Source of the DNA: Nitrospirota bacterium
GTDB taxonomy: Bacteria > Nitrospirota > Thermodesulfovibrionia > Thermodesulfovibrionales > JdFR-86
Assembly: GCA_963721805.1 (NCBI GenBank)
Contig: CAVRJY010000001.1
Span: 1,088,001 to 1,152,000, forward strand
DNA: 64,000 bases
Direction of reading: 5' to 3'
A model generated the notes under the pieces. It ran no database searches. It was not told the origin of the DNA and worked only from the letters and a program-made list of their open reading frames with translations. Shown here piece by piece: positions 18,167 through 29,400 of the stretch; the stretch's first letter is position 1; each line of letters opens with the position of its first letter. The position numbers were made by a program, and so were the translations under genes.

Positions 18167-19633
18167 TCAAGCCCCCCTGAGCCCGCCCAGCAGCGACAGG
18201 TTGTGCTCGCAGAGGTGCACTATCTGCTCCGTTGAGAACGCAAGCGGAAAGTAGGTGAGGCCGTGCCCGGCCCCGCCTTGCCTCTTAAGCCGGTTGATCA
18301 CGATCGAGTACTCCCTCGCCGCGCTCGGGCCGTCGCCGTCCGCGCGCAGTATGTCGGCCAGATAGAAGTGCGCGAGCCAGCACGAGGGCTCGATATACAG
18401 GGCCTCCTTGAAGCGCCTGAGCGCCAAATCATGGTCCTCCCTGGCATGCGCTGCCAGGGCCAGCAGGATGTGGCTTTCGAGGTGCCAGCGGTCTTTCGCG
18501 ATGGCGGCCGCGCAGATGGCCTCGGCCTCGTCAAAGCGCCTCAGGTTCAGCAGGACGCTCGCCTTGAGCATCATCGCGTTCAGCGCGGGCTCAGCCGCGA
18601 GGAGCTCGTCGATGATCTCAAGCGCCCGGTCATACCGCTTCTGCATCGCGCACTCGATGGCCGCGTCGAACGAGGCGCCGCTGGCCGGACGCGCTTGAGA
18701 GGCCTCGGCGGGTTTTGGTTTCCTCTTCTCCGCAGCCGGAGCGGCAGCCGGTTTATTGCGTTTCATGGCAGGGCTCGGCGGGCTTGGCTGCCTTCGGTCA
18801 CGGATCTCGACTATCGGCCCCTTTTGAAAGAGGAACACGCCCTCGATCTCCCTCTGCGTCAGGACGCCGATGTCATGCGCGAGCGTTTCGCTTGAGCTCA
18901 TCAGAAGGTATCCGTCATCGTTTAGTATCCCGGCAAGCTTGTGAAATATCCTGCCCTGCGTGTCGGAGTCGAAATATATCGAGACGTTGCGGTAGAGGAT
19001 GATGTCGGTGTTGTTCAGGGCGATGGGGTATGTCTCGGTCATGAAGTTGAGCTTGATGAAATTGACCTTCGCCTTGACGGTATCCTTGATTGCGTAGTGG
19101 TTATCGTCGAGCCGGTCGAAATACCTCTCGATGAGCTCCGGGGCGACGCCCCTGAATGAATGGTTCGAATAAATGCCGTTTTGAGCGGCCTGCAGTGCCT
19201 GGCTGTCGATGTCGAACCCGGTGATATCGAAGCTCCAGGCCGAACCCCTGGCCGCGCGGTCCATCAGGGCCATCGCGACCGAGTATGCCTCTTCGCCCGA
19301 GGAGCACCCGGCGCTTACTATGCGGATCCGCGCTCCGGGCGACCGTTTCGAGGCGATAAGCGGCACGAGGCGGTCCGCGATGAGCTCGATGTGCGACGGC
19401 TCGCGCATGAAGTAGGTCTCGTTTATCGTGAGCATGTTTACGAGCTCGGTGAATTCCTGCGGGTCCGAGCTCAGGAGCGCGCAGTATGCGTCATGCTCCG
19501 TGATCCCGGCCTTAAGCATCCGGGCCGCGAGCGCGTCTTTGAGCCTCTCGATCTTCGTCTCCTCGAAGACCAGGCCGCACCTCTCGCGCACTAGGCCCTG
19601 AAGCTGCTTATACCCCAGGAGGTCCGTATCCAA
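18167..19633 (-). CDS. cheR: CheR methyltransferase with TPR repeats
   Basis: TINETYFMRE, SAGCSSGEEAYS, RNVSIYF; C-terminal TPRs. Confidence 0.93.
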   Translation of the reverse strand: MDTDLLGYKQLQGLVRERCGLVFEETKIERLKDALAARMLKAGITEHDAYCALLSSDPQEFTELVNMLTINETYFMREPSHIELIADRLVPLIASKRSPGARIRIVSAGCSSGEEAYSVAMALMDRAARGSAWSFDITGFDIDSQALQAAQNGIYSNHSFRGVAPELIERYFDRLDDNHYAIKDTVKAKVNFIKLNFMTETYPIALNNTDIILYRNVSIYFDSDTQGRIFHKLAGILNDDGYLLMSSSETLAHDIGVLTQREIEGVFLFQKGPIVEIRDRRQPSPPSPAMKRNKPAAAPAAEKRKPKPAEASQARPASGASFDAAIECAMQKRYDRALEIIDELLAAEPALNAMMLKASVLLNLRRFDEAEAICAAAIAKDRWHLESHILLALAAHAREDHDLALRRFKEALYIEPSCWLAHFYLADILRADGDGPSAAREYSIVINRLKRQGGAGHGLTYFPLAFSTEQIVHLCEHNLSLLGGLRGA

Positions 19634-19644
19634 TGTGACGGTCC

Positions 19645-20706
19645 TTAAGCGGTCCTCTGACCGCTTTGCGCCGAGACGATCTCGATGAGCGTCCTGCCTA
19701 TCTCCTGTATCGGCAGGACCCTGTCGATGCAGCCGGTCTCTATCGCGACCCTCGGCATCCCGAAGACGACCGAGGTCCTCTCGTCCTGGGCGACTGTGAT
19801 GCCCCCGGCCTGCTTGATCTTCTGCATCCCGTAGACGCCGTCATTGCCCATGCCGGTGAGGATGACGCCGAGGCTGCGGCTTCCGAAGACGTCGGCCACG
19901 GACAGCAGCAGCCTGTCGCACGAAGGGCGGAAGATGTCCGAGGGCTGGCGCTCAACCAGTGCGATCCTTCCGTCGCCGCCCACGGTCATGTGCATCTCGG
20001 ATGGCGAGACATACGCATGACCCGGCCTCAGTTCGGCACCGTTTGCGCCCATCTGCACTTGCAGCCGCGTGAGCTTCCGAAACCAGTCGACCATGCCGGG
20101 GACGAACCCGTCGGAGATGTGCTGCGATATCAGGATAGGGCAGGGGAAGGTCTCGGGAAGGCTTGAGATTATGACCGAGAGTGCGTCCGGCCCTCCGGTC
20201 GATGACGCGATGGCGACCACCTTGTCGCTCTGCGGTGCGGCGTCAGCGCGCACAGCCGCGATATCCGGCGGCGGGGACGGCTGTTTATCGGCCTTCAGGT
20301 GCCTGCCCTTGAGGTGCGTCAGGACCTGCACGCGCGCGAGCAGCTTGACCTTCGAGATGAACTCGGCCGCGACTTGCAGGTTCACGTCCGGCTTCTCTAT
20401 CAGGTCCAGCGCCCCGCGCGAGATCGCGGAATACGCGGTATGCGCGTCTCCGAGCGAGGTCACGACCAGTATCGGCCTCGCGTTGTTGGCCATGATCTGC
20501 TCGATCGCGTCGAGGCCGTTCATCACAGGCATCTCGATGTCCATCGTGATGATGTCGGGCTTGAGGACCGCGGCCATGGCTATCGCCTCGGCGCCGTTTT
20601 TGGCCTCGCCCACGATGACGATCTGGCCGTCGCTAGAGAGTATGGCCTTGATAAGGTCCCGCGCCAGGACGCTGTCGTCGGCTATGAGCACCTTGATCTC
20701 GGGCAT
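19645..20706 (-). CDS. cheB: CheB methylesterase with receiver domain
   Basis: ASSTGGP, QHI, LTGMGNDG, FGMP. Confidence 0.95.
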   Translation of the reverse strand: MPEIKVLIADDSVLARDLIKAILSSDGQIVIVGEAKNGAEAIAMAAVLKPDIITMDIEMPVMNGLDAIEQIMANNARPILVVTSLGDAHTAYSAISRGALDLIEKPDVNLQVAAEFISKVKLLARVQVLTHLKGRHLKADKQPSPPPDIAAVRADAAPQSDKVVAIASSTGGPDALSVIISSLPETFPCPILISQHISDGFVPGMVDWFRKLTRLQVQMGANGAELRPGHAYVSPSEMHMTVGGDGRIALVERQPSDIFRPSCDRLLLSVADVFGSRSLGVILTGMGNDGVYGMQKIKQAGGITVAQDERTSVVFGMPRVAIETGCIDRVLPIQEIGRTLIEIVSAQSGQRTA

Positions 20707-20743
20707 TTCTAGCGCGTCCCCGATACTTCCGCTTGCCTGCGCA

Positions 20744-22441
20744 TCAGCTTCTGAGGTCTTCCACCGACTGCTCGAGCATCGCGGCCTTCTGCATTAGGTC
20801 CCTGCTTATGACGTCGATGCGGGCTATGGCGCTCGATGTCTGCGTGGCGCCCGAGACAATGTCCCGCAGGGCCATGACCACCTGGTTGCTGGCAGTCTTC
20901 TGCTGCTGGGTCGAAAGCGAGATCTGTTTTGCGGCGTCGGTCGTGGACTGGGCCGCGGAGACGACGTTTATGAGCACCTCGGCCGTCTCGTTGGAATGCC
21001 GCATCCCCTCGTTGACGACCTTGGCGCTCTTCTCCGACGAGATGACCAGGCGGTTGATCGCCTCCTGTATCTCGCTGACCTTGGCCTCGATCTCGTCGGT
21101 GGATTCCATGACGCTGTCGGCCAGGCGCCGGATCTCGACCGCGACGACCCCGAAGCGCTTGCCGTACTCCCCCGCGCTCGAGGCCTCCAGCGCCGCGTTA
21201 AACGCGATGAGCTTCGTCTGGTCCGCGATCGTGTTTATGATCTCCATGATCGAGGTAATCTCCTTGGACTTGCGCCCAAGCTCGATGATCTCGCTTATGT
21301 TCGTCTCGGTATCGCTCTTGATATCCGCGATCTGCGATATGACGGTCTCGATGGACTCGGCCCCCTTCGTGGTGTTCTGCCACGTGTCGGAGGCTATCTG
21401 CACGACCGACTTGGAGTGGTCCGCGATCTGGGACGAGGACGACGAGAGCTCCTCGACCGTGGAGGTGATCTCCGCTATCGCGGCCGACTGCTGGGCCGAG
21501 ATCGCGGCCTGCGCGGAGAGCGCGGAGGATATCTCGGCTATCGCGGCGTTCAGGCCCTTGATGGTGGCCGTGATGTCCGCAAGCGTGCGCTTGAGCCGCT
21601 CGTTGGACTGGTTTATGAACGTCGCTATCCGGCCGATCTCGTTGTCCGTGACCACGGGGATCGGGGACTGGTCGTTGCTGTTGAGGCGCCTGCTGATCTC
21701 GTCTACCTGCCTTCCGACATACCTGTTTGTAAGCCTCACCGAGATGAAGATGACGAGCGCCGAAAGCATGACAAAGAGCGCGGCGACCTTGGTCGAGAGC
21801 GACGTGATATCGCGCTTGATCGTGGCCCGCTCGGCGCTGACGAGGGCCTGGATATCGTCGATGTACACCCCTGTGCCTATCACCCAGCCGAAGGGCTCAT
21901 AGAGCCTGACGTACGAGAGCTTGGGTTTGTCTTCGGTCAGGCCGGCGGCTGTGGGCTTAGGCCACATGTAGTCCACGTAGCCCTCGCCGCTGGCCTTGCA
22001 CGTCTGTACGAAGGCCTGAAACAGGTTCTCGTTCCTGCCGAGCGCGCAATTGAACTTGGGCGAGTCCAGCACCGTGTTGTCGAGGGCCGGTATGGTGGGG
22101 TGCATTATCATCCTGGGGTAGGGCTGCCCCATGTCGTTGATCCAGAGGTACCCGCTGTCGCCGTAGCGCATGCTCTTTATTATCGCCTTGGCCTCGGACA
22201 TCGGGCGGCCCTCGATGGCCTTGATCGCGATATCGACGTAGTTTTTGAGTTCGTTCTTTTTCTGGGCCATGAGTTCGGCCTCGTAGAGCCTGACCTTCCG
22301 CTCGCCCTGCTCGGCATTCCAGAGCATGATGCCCCCGAAGATGAAGATAGAGGCCAGGATCGGGAGCGCGGCCACCAGGAGCATCTGCGCCTTTATGGAC
22401 TGTCTGAAGTTCAGGTAATCCTTCCACTCGAATCTGCTCAT
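20744..22441 (-). CDS. Methyl-accepting chemotaxis protein with Cache sensor domain
   Basis: IADQTKLIAFNAALEASSAGEYGKRFGVVAVEIRRLA; Cache motifs YLWIND and WVIGTGVY; ATG 22441 overlaps the cheW stop (TAATG). Confidence 0.92.
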   Translation of the reverse strand: MSRFEWKDYLNFRQSIKAQMLLVAALPILASIFIFGGIMLWNAEQGERKVRLYEAELMAQKKNELKNYVDIAIKAIEGRPMSEAKAIIKSMRYGDSGYLWINDMGQPYPRMIMHPTIPALDNTVLDSPKFNCALGRNENLFQAFVQTCKASGEGYVDYMWPKPTAAGLTEDKPKLSYVRLYEPFGWVIGTGVYIDDIQALVSAERATIKRDITSLSTKVAALFVMLSALVIFISVRLTNRYVGRQVDEISRRLNSNDQSPIPVVTDNEIGRIATFINQSNERLKRTLADITATIKGLNAAIAEISSALSAQAAISAQQSAAIAEITSTVEELSSSSSQIADHSKSVVQIASDTWQNTTKGAESIETVISQIADIKSDTETNISEIIELGRKSKEITSIMEIINTIADQTKLIAFNAALEASSAGEYGKRFGVVAVEIRRLADSVMESTDEIEAKVSEIQEAINRLVISSEKSAKVVNEGMRHSNETAEVLINVVSAAQSTTDAAKQISLSTQQQKTASNQVVMALRDIVSGATQTSSAIARIDVISRDLMQKAAMLEQSVEDLRS

Positions 22442-22866
22442 TAAGCGGTCTCCTTGACAGCGGCTATTTTTTGCATGTCCAGAATCAGTATGATCTCGTC
22501 GTACCTCACGATGCCGCCGATATAAGGGGCCAGCCCCTCGCACCGCAGGACGGAGCGCGGCAGGGGCAGGATCCCGGCGGGCTCGACCTCGGCCATCTCT
22601 TCAAGCGAGTCTATCAGTATCCCGAGCGCGGGATCGCTGTTTTTTATCACGAGGACATTCGATCCCCGCTCACCCGGCGCGGCCTCGCTTTCGCTCTCCG
22701 TGCCCAGCAGCCCGGAGAGCGGGATAAGTTTTATGCCGCGCCCGCGGGCCGTGGCCGGATCGATCACGGCCGAGACATTCCCGGCGTATGTCCCCATCTT
22801 CAGGCGGCCGAACGAAAAGACCAGCACCTTCACCGCCCCGGTCGGGGCATTGCATAAAGCTGTCAT
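22441..22866 (-). CDS. cheW: CheW-like protein (divergent)
   Basis: GILIDSLEE, ILPLP, ILILDMQKI; operon context. Confidence 0.7.
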   Translation of the reverse strand: MTALCNAPTGAVKVLVFSFGRLKMGTYAGNVSAVIDPATARGRGIKLIPLSGLLGTESESEAAPGERGSNVLVIKNSDPALGILIDSLEEMAEVEPAGILPLPRSVLRCEGLAPYIGGIVRYDEIILILDMQKIAAVKETA

Positions 22867-22888
22867 AAGAGCCTGGCCTCGTGCGTCG

Positions 22889-23350
22889 TCATGAGCAGGC
22901 CATCCTGAAGATGTTCGCGGCGTTCAGAAGCGTGATGTTCCTGTCGCCCACCAGGACCTCGCCGGTAACGAAATCCCTTATCATGTCGTCGAGGGTCGAT
23001 AGCGGCGGCGATATCGCGCTTTCGGGGACGTCGACCACGTCCTCGATGGCGTCGACCAGAACTCCGGTGCGTATCCCGCCGTCCTCGGCGATGATGACGC
23101 GGTTGTCCTTACCGGGCTTTGCCTCGGGGTATCCGAGCAGCCTGTTGATGTCGATCACGGACTCGATGTCGCCGCGCACGTTTATAATGCCGAGCACGGT
23201 TTCGGGCGCGCCGGGTACGGGGAATATGCTGGGACGGTAGAGGATCTCCTTGACGACCGAGCCGTGCATCGCGAAGTGTACATGCGCTATGCTCAATACC
23301 ACCATCATCACACGTTTTTCATCAACCTCGACCAGTTGCTCGTCCTTCAC
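22889..23350 (-). CDS. cheW: CheW protein
   Basis: VPGAPETVLGIINVRGDIESVID, GVLVDAIEDV. Confidence 0.9.
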   Translation of the reverse strand: MKDEQLVEVDEKRVMMVVLSIAHVHFAMHGSVVKEILYRPSIFPVPGAPETVLGIINVRGDIESVIDINRLLGYPEAKPGKDNRVIIAEDGGIRTGVLVDAIEDVVDVPESAISPPLSTLDDMIRDFVTGEVLVGDRNITLLNAANIFRMACS

Positions 23351-23445
23351 GCTATTTCACGCCCCTCCTGATAGTTTGTTTATAATATTGCTTACTGTAT
23401 TGTATGTCAAGGCTGATAACATAATAACAACCTATACACTTAATC

Positions 23446-26400
23446 TCAAACCCTCACATCGACCCAGTGTTCCCGGTGGTCGTCAACCAGCGGGATAACC
23501 GATTCGGGCTGCACAACGCCATCGACCGTTACGCCTTTTCTGCCGCCCACTTGCACGGTGATATGGTAAATTGTTTCCCTGTGGCGGTAGTGGATCTTGA
23601 ACGTCTCCCAATCCTCAGGCAGGCATGGCGCAATGCGCAGCTTGTCCTTTTCGAGCCTCAGACCGAGGAGGGATTCCAGGATGAGCCTGTACATCCAGCC
23701 TGCTGAGCCAGTATACCAAGTCCAGCCTCCCCGGCCGATATGTGGCGAGACTGCATATACGTCGGCCGCGACAACGTACGGTTCGACCTTATAGGTTTCC
23801 GTATCTTCAAGCGATATGGCATGGTTTACGGGGTTTATCATCCTCAGCAGTTCCCATGCCCGCCGTCCGTCGCCTAACCGGGCGAAGGCCATCGCAGCCC
23901 ATATTGCGCCATGGGTGTATTGCCCTCCGTTTTCCCTCACGCCCGGCACATAGCCCTTTATATAGCCGGGGTTCAGGTCGGATTTATCGAACGGAGGGTC
24001 GAGCAGCTGTATAAGGCCATGCTCGCGCCTTACGAGGCGCTTATCCACGGCCTCCATAGCCGTTGCCGAACGATCCGCATCGCCGGCGCCGGAGAGTACG
24101 GACCAGCTTTGCGAGATGGAATCAATCTGGCATTCTGCATTGCCCGCAGAACCAAGCGGCATGCCGTCGTCAAAGTATGCGCGGCGGTACCAGCCGCCGT
24201 CCCAGCCATGCTTTTCGATGTTCACCTTCAGCTGGGCCGCCTCGTCATTGCAGCGCTCGACAAAAGGCCGATCCCCGCGCATGTTCGCTATCTTGGCAAA
24301 CTCAATGAGGACATCGTAAAGGAAGAATCCCAGCCATACGCTCTCGCCCTTGCCCTGCGCGCCGACCATGTTCATTCCGTCATTCCAGTCTCCCGTGCCG
24401 ATAAGAGGCAGGCCATGCTCCCCGTGGGTGATGCCCTTAGTGATGGCGCGCACGCAGTGTTCGTACAGAGTGGCCGTCTGCTCGGACTGGCCGGGAAGGT
24501 CGTAATACGAATCCTCGCCCGCGTTTACCTGTCTGCTGTCGAGGAAGCGGACAGGTTCATCCAGCACCCCGGTATCCCCCGTGCTCGCGACATACCGTGA
24601 TGCGGCCAGCGGCAGCCAGAGCAGGTCATCTGAGCAGTGGGTGCGGACGCCCTGGCCCAGCGGAGGATGCCACCAGTGCTGGACATCCCCCTCGATAAAC
24701 TGTCGAGACGCGGCCAGGAGCAGGTGCTCGCGCACGAGACCCGGTTTCGTATGGACGAGCGCCATCATGTCCTGCAGCTGGTCGCGGAAACCGAAAGCGC
24801 CCCCCGACTGGTAGTATCCGCTGCGGGCCCACATACGGCATGCCAGGGTCTGATATACCAGCCAGCCATTGGCCATTATGTCTACGGATCGGTCGGGTGT
24901 CTCGACCTGAACCGCGCCGAGCGTTTGGTTCCAATGATTCCAGAGCGACTCCAACGCCTTGCGCGCGGCAGCCGCCCCTCGGAACCGGCGCACCAGTCCG
25001 CTGGTGTCGTTTGCGTCCCGGCCCGCGCCCAGCCTGAAAATCACCTCGCGCTCCTGTCCGTCGGCAAGCTCAAAGGGGACCTGTATGGCGGCGCACGGAT
25101 CCAGGGCGGCGCCGACCCTGCCTGATAGCCTCGAGCGGGTCATCGCCGCCGGGTTTTGAAGCGTGCCGTTACGGCCGATGAACTCCGTCCGGTCGCAGCT
25201 GACGGTGCGGGCCGACTCATCCACGTCGAAGAAGGCGGTCCGGTCAGCGAACATAGTATTGTATGGGTTCCGCGCAAACAGCGCACCGCTTTCGAGGTCA
25301 ATTTCGGTGATAACGTGCATCGCGGTTTTTGAGCGCAGATCACCCAATACCCATTCCACATAACCCGTAGCGGACAGCCGTCTTGATCTTCCTGACTCGT
25401 TCTTAACCTTTAAGGCCGTAAACTTTACCGATGCATCAAGGGCCACATAGACCCACATCTCGATCCTTATGCCGTCCTCAGTGTGCTCAAACACGCTGTA
25501 GCCGAACCCGTGGCGGCTGGCGTAATGGCCTGCCCCACGGCTTGGCAGAGGGGAGGGGGACCAATAGTGACCGCTCTCTTCGTCTCGCATGTAGAAGGCC
25601 TCTCCGCTTGAGTCGCTCACCGGGTCGTTGTGCCATGGGGTGAGGCGGAATTCGTGGGCGTTGTCTATCCAGGTGTACGCGAGCCCGCTCTCGGATATGA
25701 CAGATCCGAAGTTCGGGTTTGCCAGGACATTCACCCAGGGGGCCGGAGTCACCTGCCCGTGCGTCGTCGTGATTACGTACTCGCGGCCATCGGGAGTGAA
25801 GCCTCCGATCCCGTTGGAAAAGAGCAGATCCCCGCGAGGCGACGTCGCGACATTCGTGGATTCCTCCCGGTAAGCACGAGTCGGTATGAGGCGCGGCATG
25901 CCTGGCTCGGAATTACGGTTAGTCGGCCAGATGGTCTGGTTCACCAGCGTTCCGCGGCTGTCGGTGATGATGGCGCGTGCCACGGTATTAAACAGGATGC
26001 GGTCCTCGTTCGATATCTGATCCGCGGGTCTCACAAAAATGCCGCCCGGCCGGTCCAGCACGTTCACTTCGAGGTCAGCGGCAATGATCCCCAATATCTC
26101 CTCTTGCAGGATTTGCCGGTAACCGGCGTGGTCTTCGTTCCAGATCACCAAATCCACTTCAAGACCTTTTAAGCGCCAGTAGGCGTGGGCCTTGACGAGC
26201 TGCCGAACCAGTTCTATATTGGCCGAGCTTTCGATCTGTAGCAGCACGATAGGCAGGTCGCCCGAAACAGAGTAGCCCCACAGGCCGGATTGACCCCGGC
26301 GGTTGCTGACAATGACGCCCGACTCGGCGCGCATAGAGGAATTGGCATAGATGACCGAGCTCGCCAGACGCCCGTATATCTGCGCCTCGGTCTCCGTGGC

Positions 26401-29400
26401 GTTGATCTGCCGCAGGAGCACCTGGGAGTGCGTCCACGCCAGGTTAAAGACGCGGTCCGCGAGCAGCCTGTCCTGGTATTTTTCAATAAGCCCCATGCAG
26501 GCGTCACGGTTATCCGCGATGCCTGTAACTATATTGACAGTGGCCGATTTCTCCGGCTCGATCGTTACCCTGTAGCGCACAGCGACGATGGGATCGAGAA
26601 CGGAGCCCTGACTGTTCGAGAGGTTTCCCGTCGCCTGATCGCTCATGGCCTGTGGGTCGGCGACCGTGTTGCCCCGTCCTATGAACTTAAGGCGGTCGGT
26701 CTCGTATGAAGCCTCCTCCGCATCCGCCCCGTGCACGGCCACCAGATGAAACATCCACGGCGACCGGTCTTCAACGGAGCGGGGACGGCGTGTGCAGAGT
26801 ATGGCGCCCTGATGGCGGATGATCTCGGTCTGGACAAAGAGGTTGCTGAACGCAGGGTGCAGCGCATCGGACGCGGGAGACGCCAGTACCACTTCGGCGT
26901 AACTCGTTACGTCGATCTCCCTGGCAGTCCGCGAGCGGTTGGTGATCGTGATGCGGCGCAGTTCAATGTCATCCTCGGGCGAAACGGTAATCTCGGTATG
27001 CATATCGATGTTATTGTCCGTGCGGCGGAACTCCACGCGCGCCTCAGAGAAAATCGCCTCGTACTTCTTCGGCGTTTTAAGCGTAGGCTGGTACGCGGCA
27101 GACCAGAACTCTCCGGACGCCACGTCCTTTACGTAACAAAACGTGCCCCAGTTGTCGCAGGTGGTGTCTTCGCGCCAGCGCGTGACAGCTATGTCTTTCC
27201 ATCGGCTGTAACCGCCCCCGGCGTTCGTGACCATCACGTGGTATCTGCCGTTTGAGAGCAGCTGCACTTCCGGGACAGGCGTGTTGGGGCTCCCCAGTAC
27301 GCGTACCGGCATCTCCGTATCCGCGGACGCAGCGCGGACCTCCGAGATCTCTTCTGTGTGCGAGTAAAATGCAGTGGCCTTAGGCACCCGTTCCTGGAGC
27401 AGCAGCATGGTTGCCTGCAACTCAGGGTCAGACTCGAACCTCTTTTGCATACGTCCGTCCAGGAGCAACCAGGCCAGCGAGAGAAGGCTCATGCCTTGAT
27501 GGTGCGCCATGAAGGACCGGATTATCGCGTGCTGCTGCCCGCGCTGCAGGCGGGAAGGCGTGTAGTCTATAGCTTCATAAAAGCCGTATCGGGTCTCGAG
27601 CCCTTCGGCGGAGAGCCGCTGCAGGTTCATGCATGCCTCTTCTGGCGACACTGTCAGGGCAAGCGCCGAGGCGTATGGCGCCACCACCAGGTCCTCGGCG
27701 AGACCGCGCTTGAGCCCAAGGCCTGGCACGCCGAACGCGCGGTACTGGTAGCTAAGATGAACGTCTATAGTGTTGAAGCCTGACTCGGATATGCCCCACG
27801 GCACCCTGCGCTTGTTTCCGTATTCGATCTGCCTGGCCACGGCCGCCTTGCAGGTCTGGTCGAGCAGCGTGTTTTCATAGTTCGGCATAACCAGCAGAGG
27901 CATCAGGTACTCAAACATCGAGCCGCTCCATGAAAGCAGGACAGGGTCGCCTCCGGTGGTGGTAAGCAGGCGCCCCAGCGCGAACCAGCTCTCCTGCGGA
28001 AGTTGTCCCTGAGCAATCCCCACGAAACAGCTCAGCCTCGCCTCAGAGGCCAGCAAATCGTAATAACTCTCGTCCAGGCGCCGCTCGCCTACGTTATATC
28101 CGATGGATAGGAGATGACGGGTCTTGTCGAACAGGAAATCGTATTCCATCCGGCTGAGTTCGCCGGCCTCCCGGGCCAGCCGTTCGATCGTACTGATTCT
28201 CAGCATTGCACGCTCCGCTGCCTCTTTGACAAGGAGTTTTTGGGCGGACGGTGAATTCTGCTCAAGGCCGGCCAGTTGCCGCAGAGTCGGGATCTCCAGC
28301 AGGGCCGGGAACTCACGGATGGTCTCAGGGGAATCCGCGAGCATTATCCATGGGGTGAGCAGTGCCAGTTCGTCGAGGGCTGCCTTGCATTGCGCGGCGA
28401 AGGCCTGCGCCCACATCAGGGCTTGTTTATCGGTGGCAGTTAAGCCCGCGACCAGTTCCTCGGCGGCCGAAGCCATTCGCTCGAGGCAGAGCCGCGCCGT
28501 CATTAAGGTATCTGGAGTGGAATTACGCGCCGCCTCCATTGCCAGCCGAAGGCGGTCGAGCTTGGCAGGAGCGGTTCCCTCTGCAGCGTCAACGAGGATC
28601 AGGAAGGTATCGTAGAGACCGTCAAACGCCTGCGCTCCAAGAATATTTTGATCAGGAAGCTCCAGCAGGCCGGGCCGCAGCGTAAGGAGATCGCCCGCTA
28701 GGTTGCCGCTGTCCACCGACGATATATAGGTGGGCATCAGCGGCTTTAATGATTGCGTATCGTACCAGTTATAAAAATGGCCGCGGTATCGCTCCAGGGC
28801 ACTCATCGTATGGAGCGCGTTTGACGTGCGTTCTATCAGCTGTCCCGTCGAGATGTAGCCAAAATCATGAGCGGACAAGTTCGACAGCAGCGCGAGCCCC
28901 ATGTTAGTGGGCGATGTGCGGTGCGCAATGATCGAGACCGGATGCTCCTGATAGTTATCAGGTGGCAGCCAGTTGTCGTCAGGTCCGACGAATGTCTCAA
29001 AAAACGCCCACGTCTTTCTGGAAACCTTCCTGAGATATACGGTCTGCTCGGCAGTCAGTCTTGATTTGCGGCGTGCGAGCGGCAGGCTGATCCACCAGGC
29101 GATAGCCGGGGATGCGAACCAGAGGCCCAACAGCGGGGCCGCCAATGCCAGCGTCCCGGGCCTCGAAAGTGCCAACTGGATCGCGGCGGCGACCGCGATC
29201 GCTGGGGCGATCCACATCGACCGAATGAAGGTGCCAAGACCGGTGTGCCTGATATTGCTCGATGCGTTCCACTCAAGAAGCCGTCTATGTGCGAATATCA
29301 TCCTCCATGCGGTGCGCGCGATGGCGTCCAGGCTGTAAAGAGCCTCGTAAGGCAGGCAGGCCAGCGTAAACGCAGCCTGGGCAACACGCATGCCGGTAGA

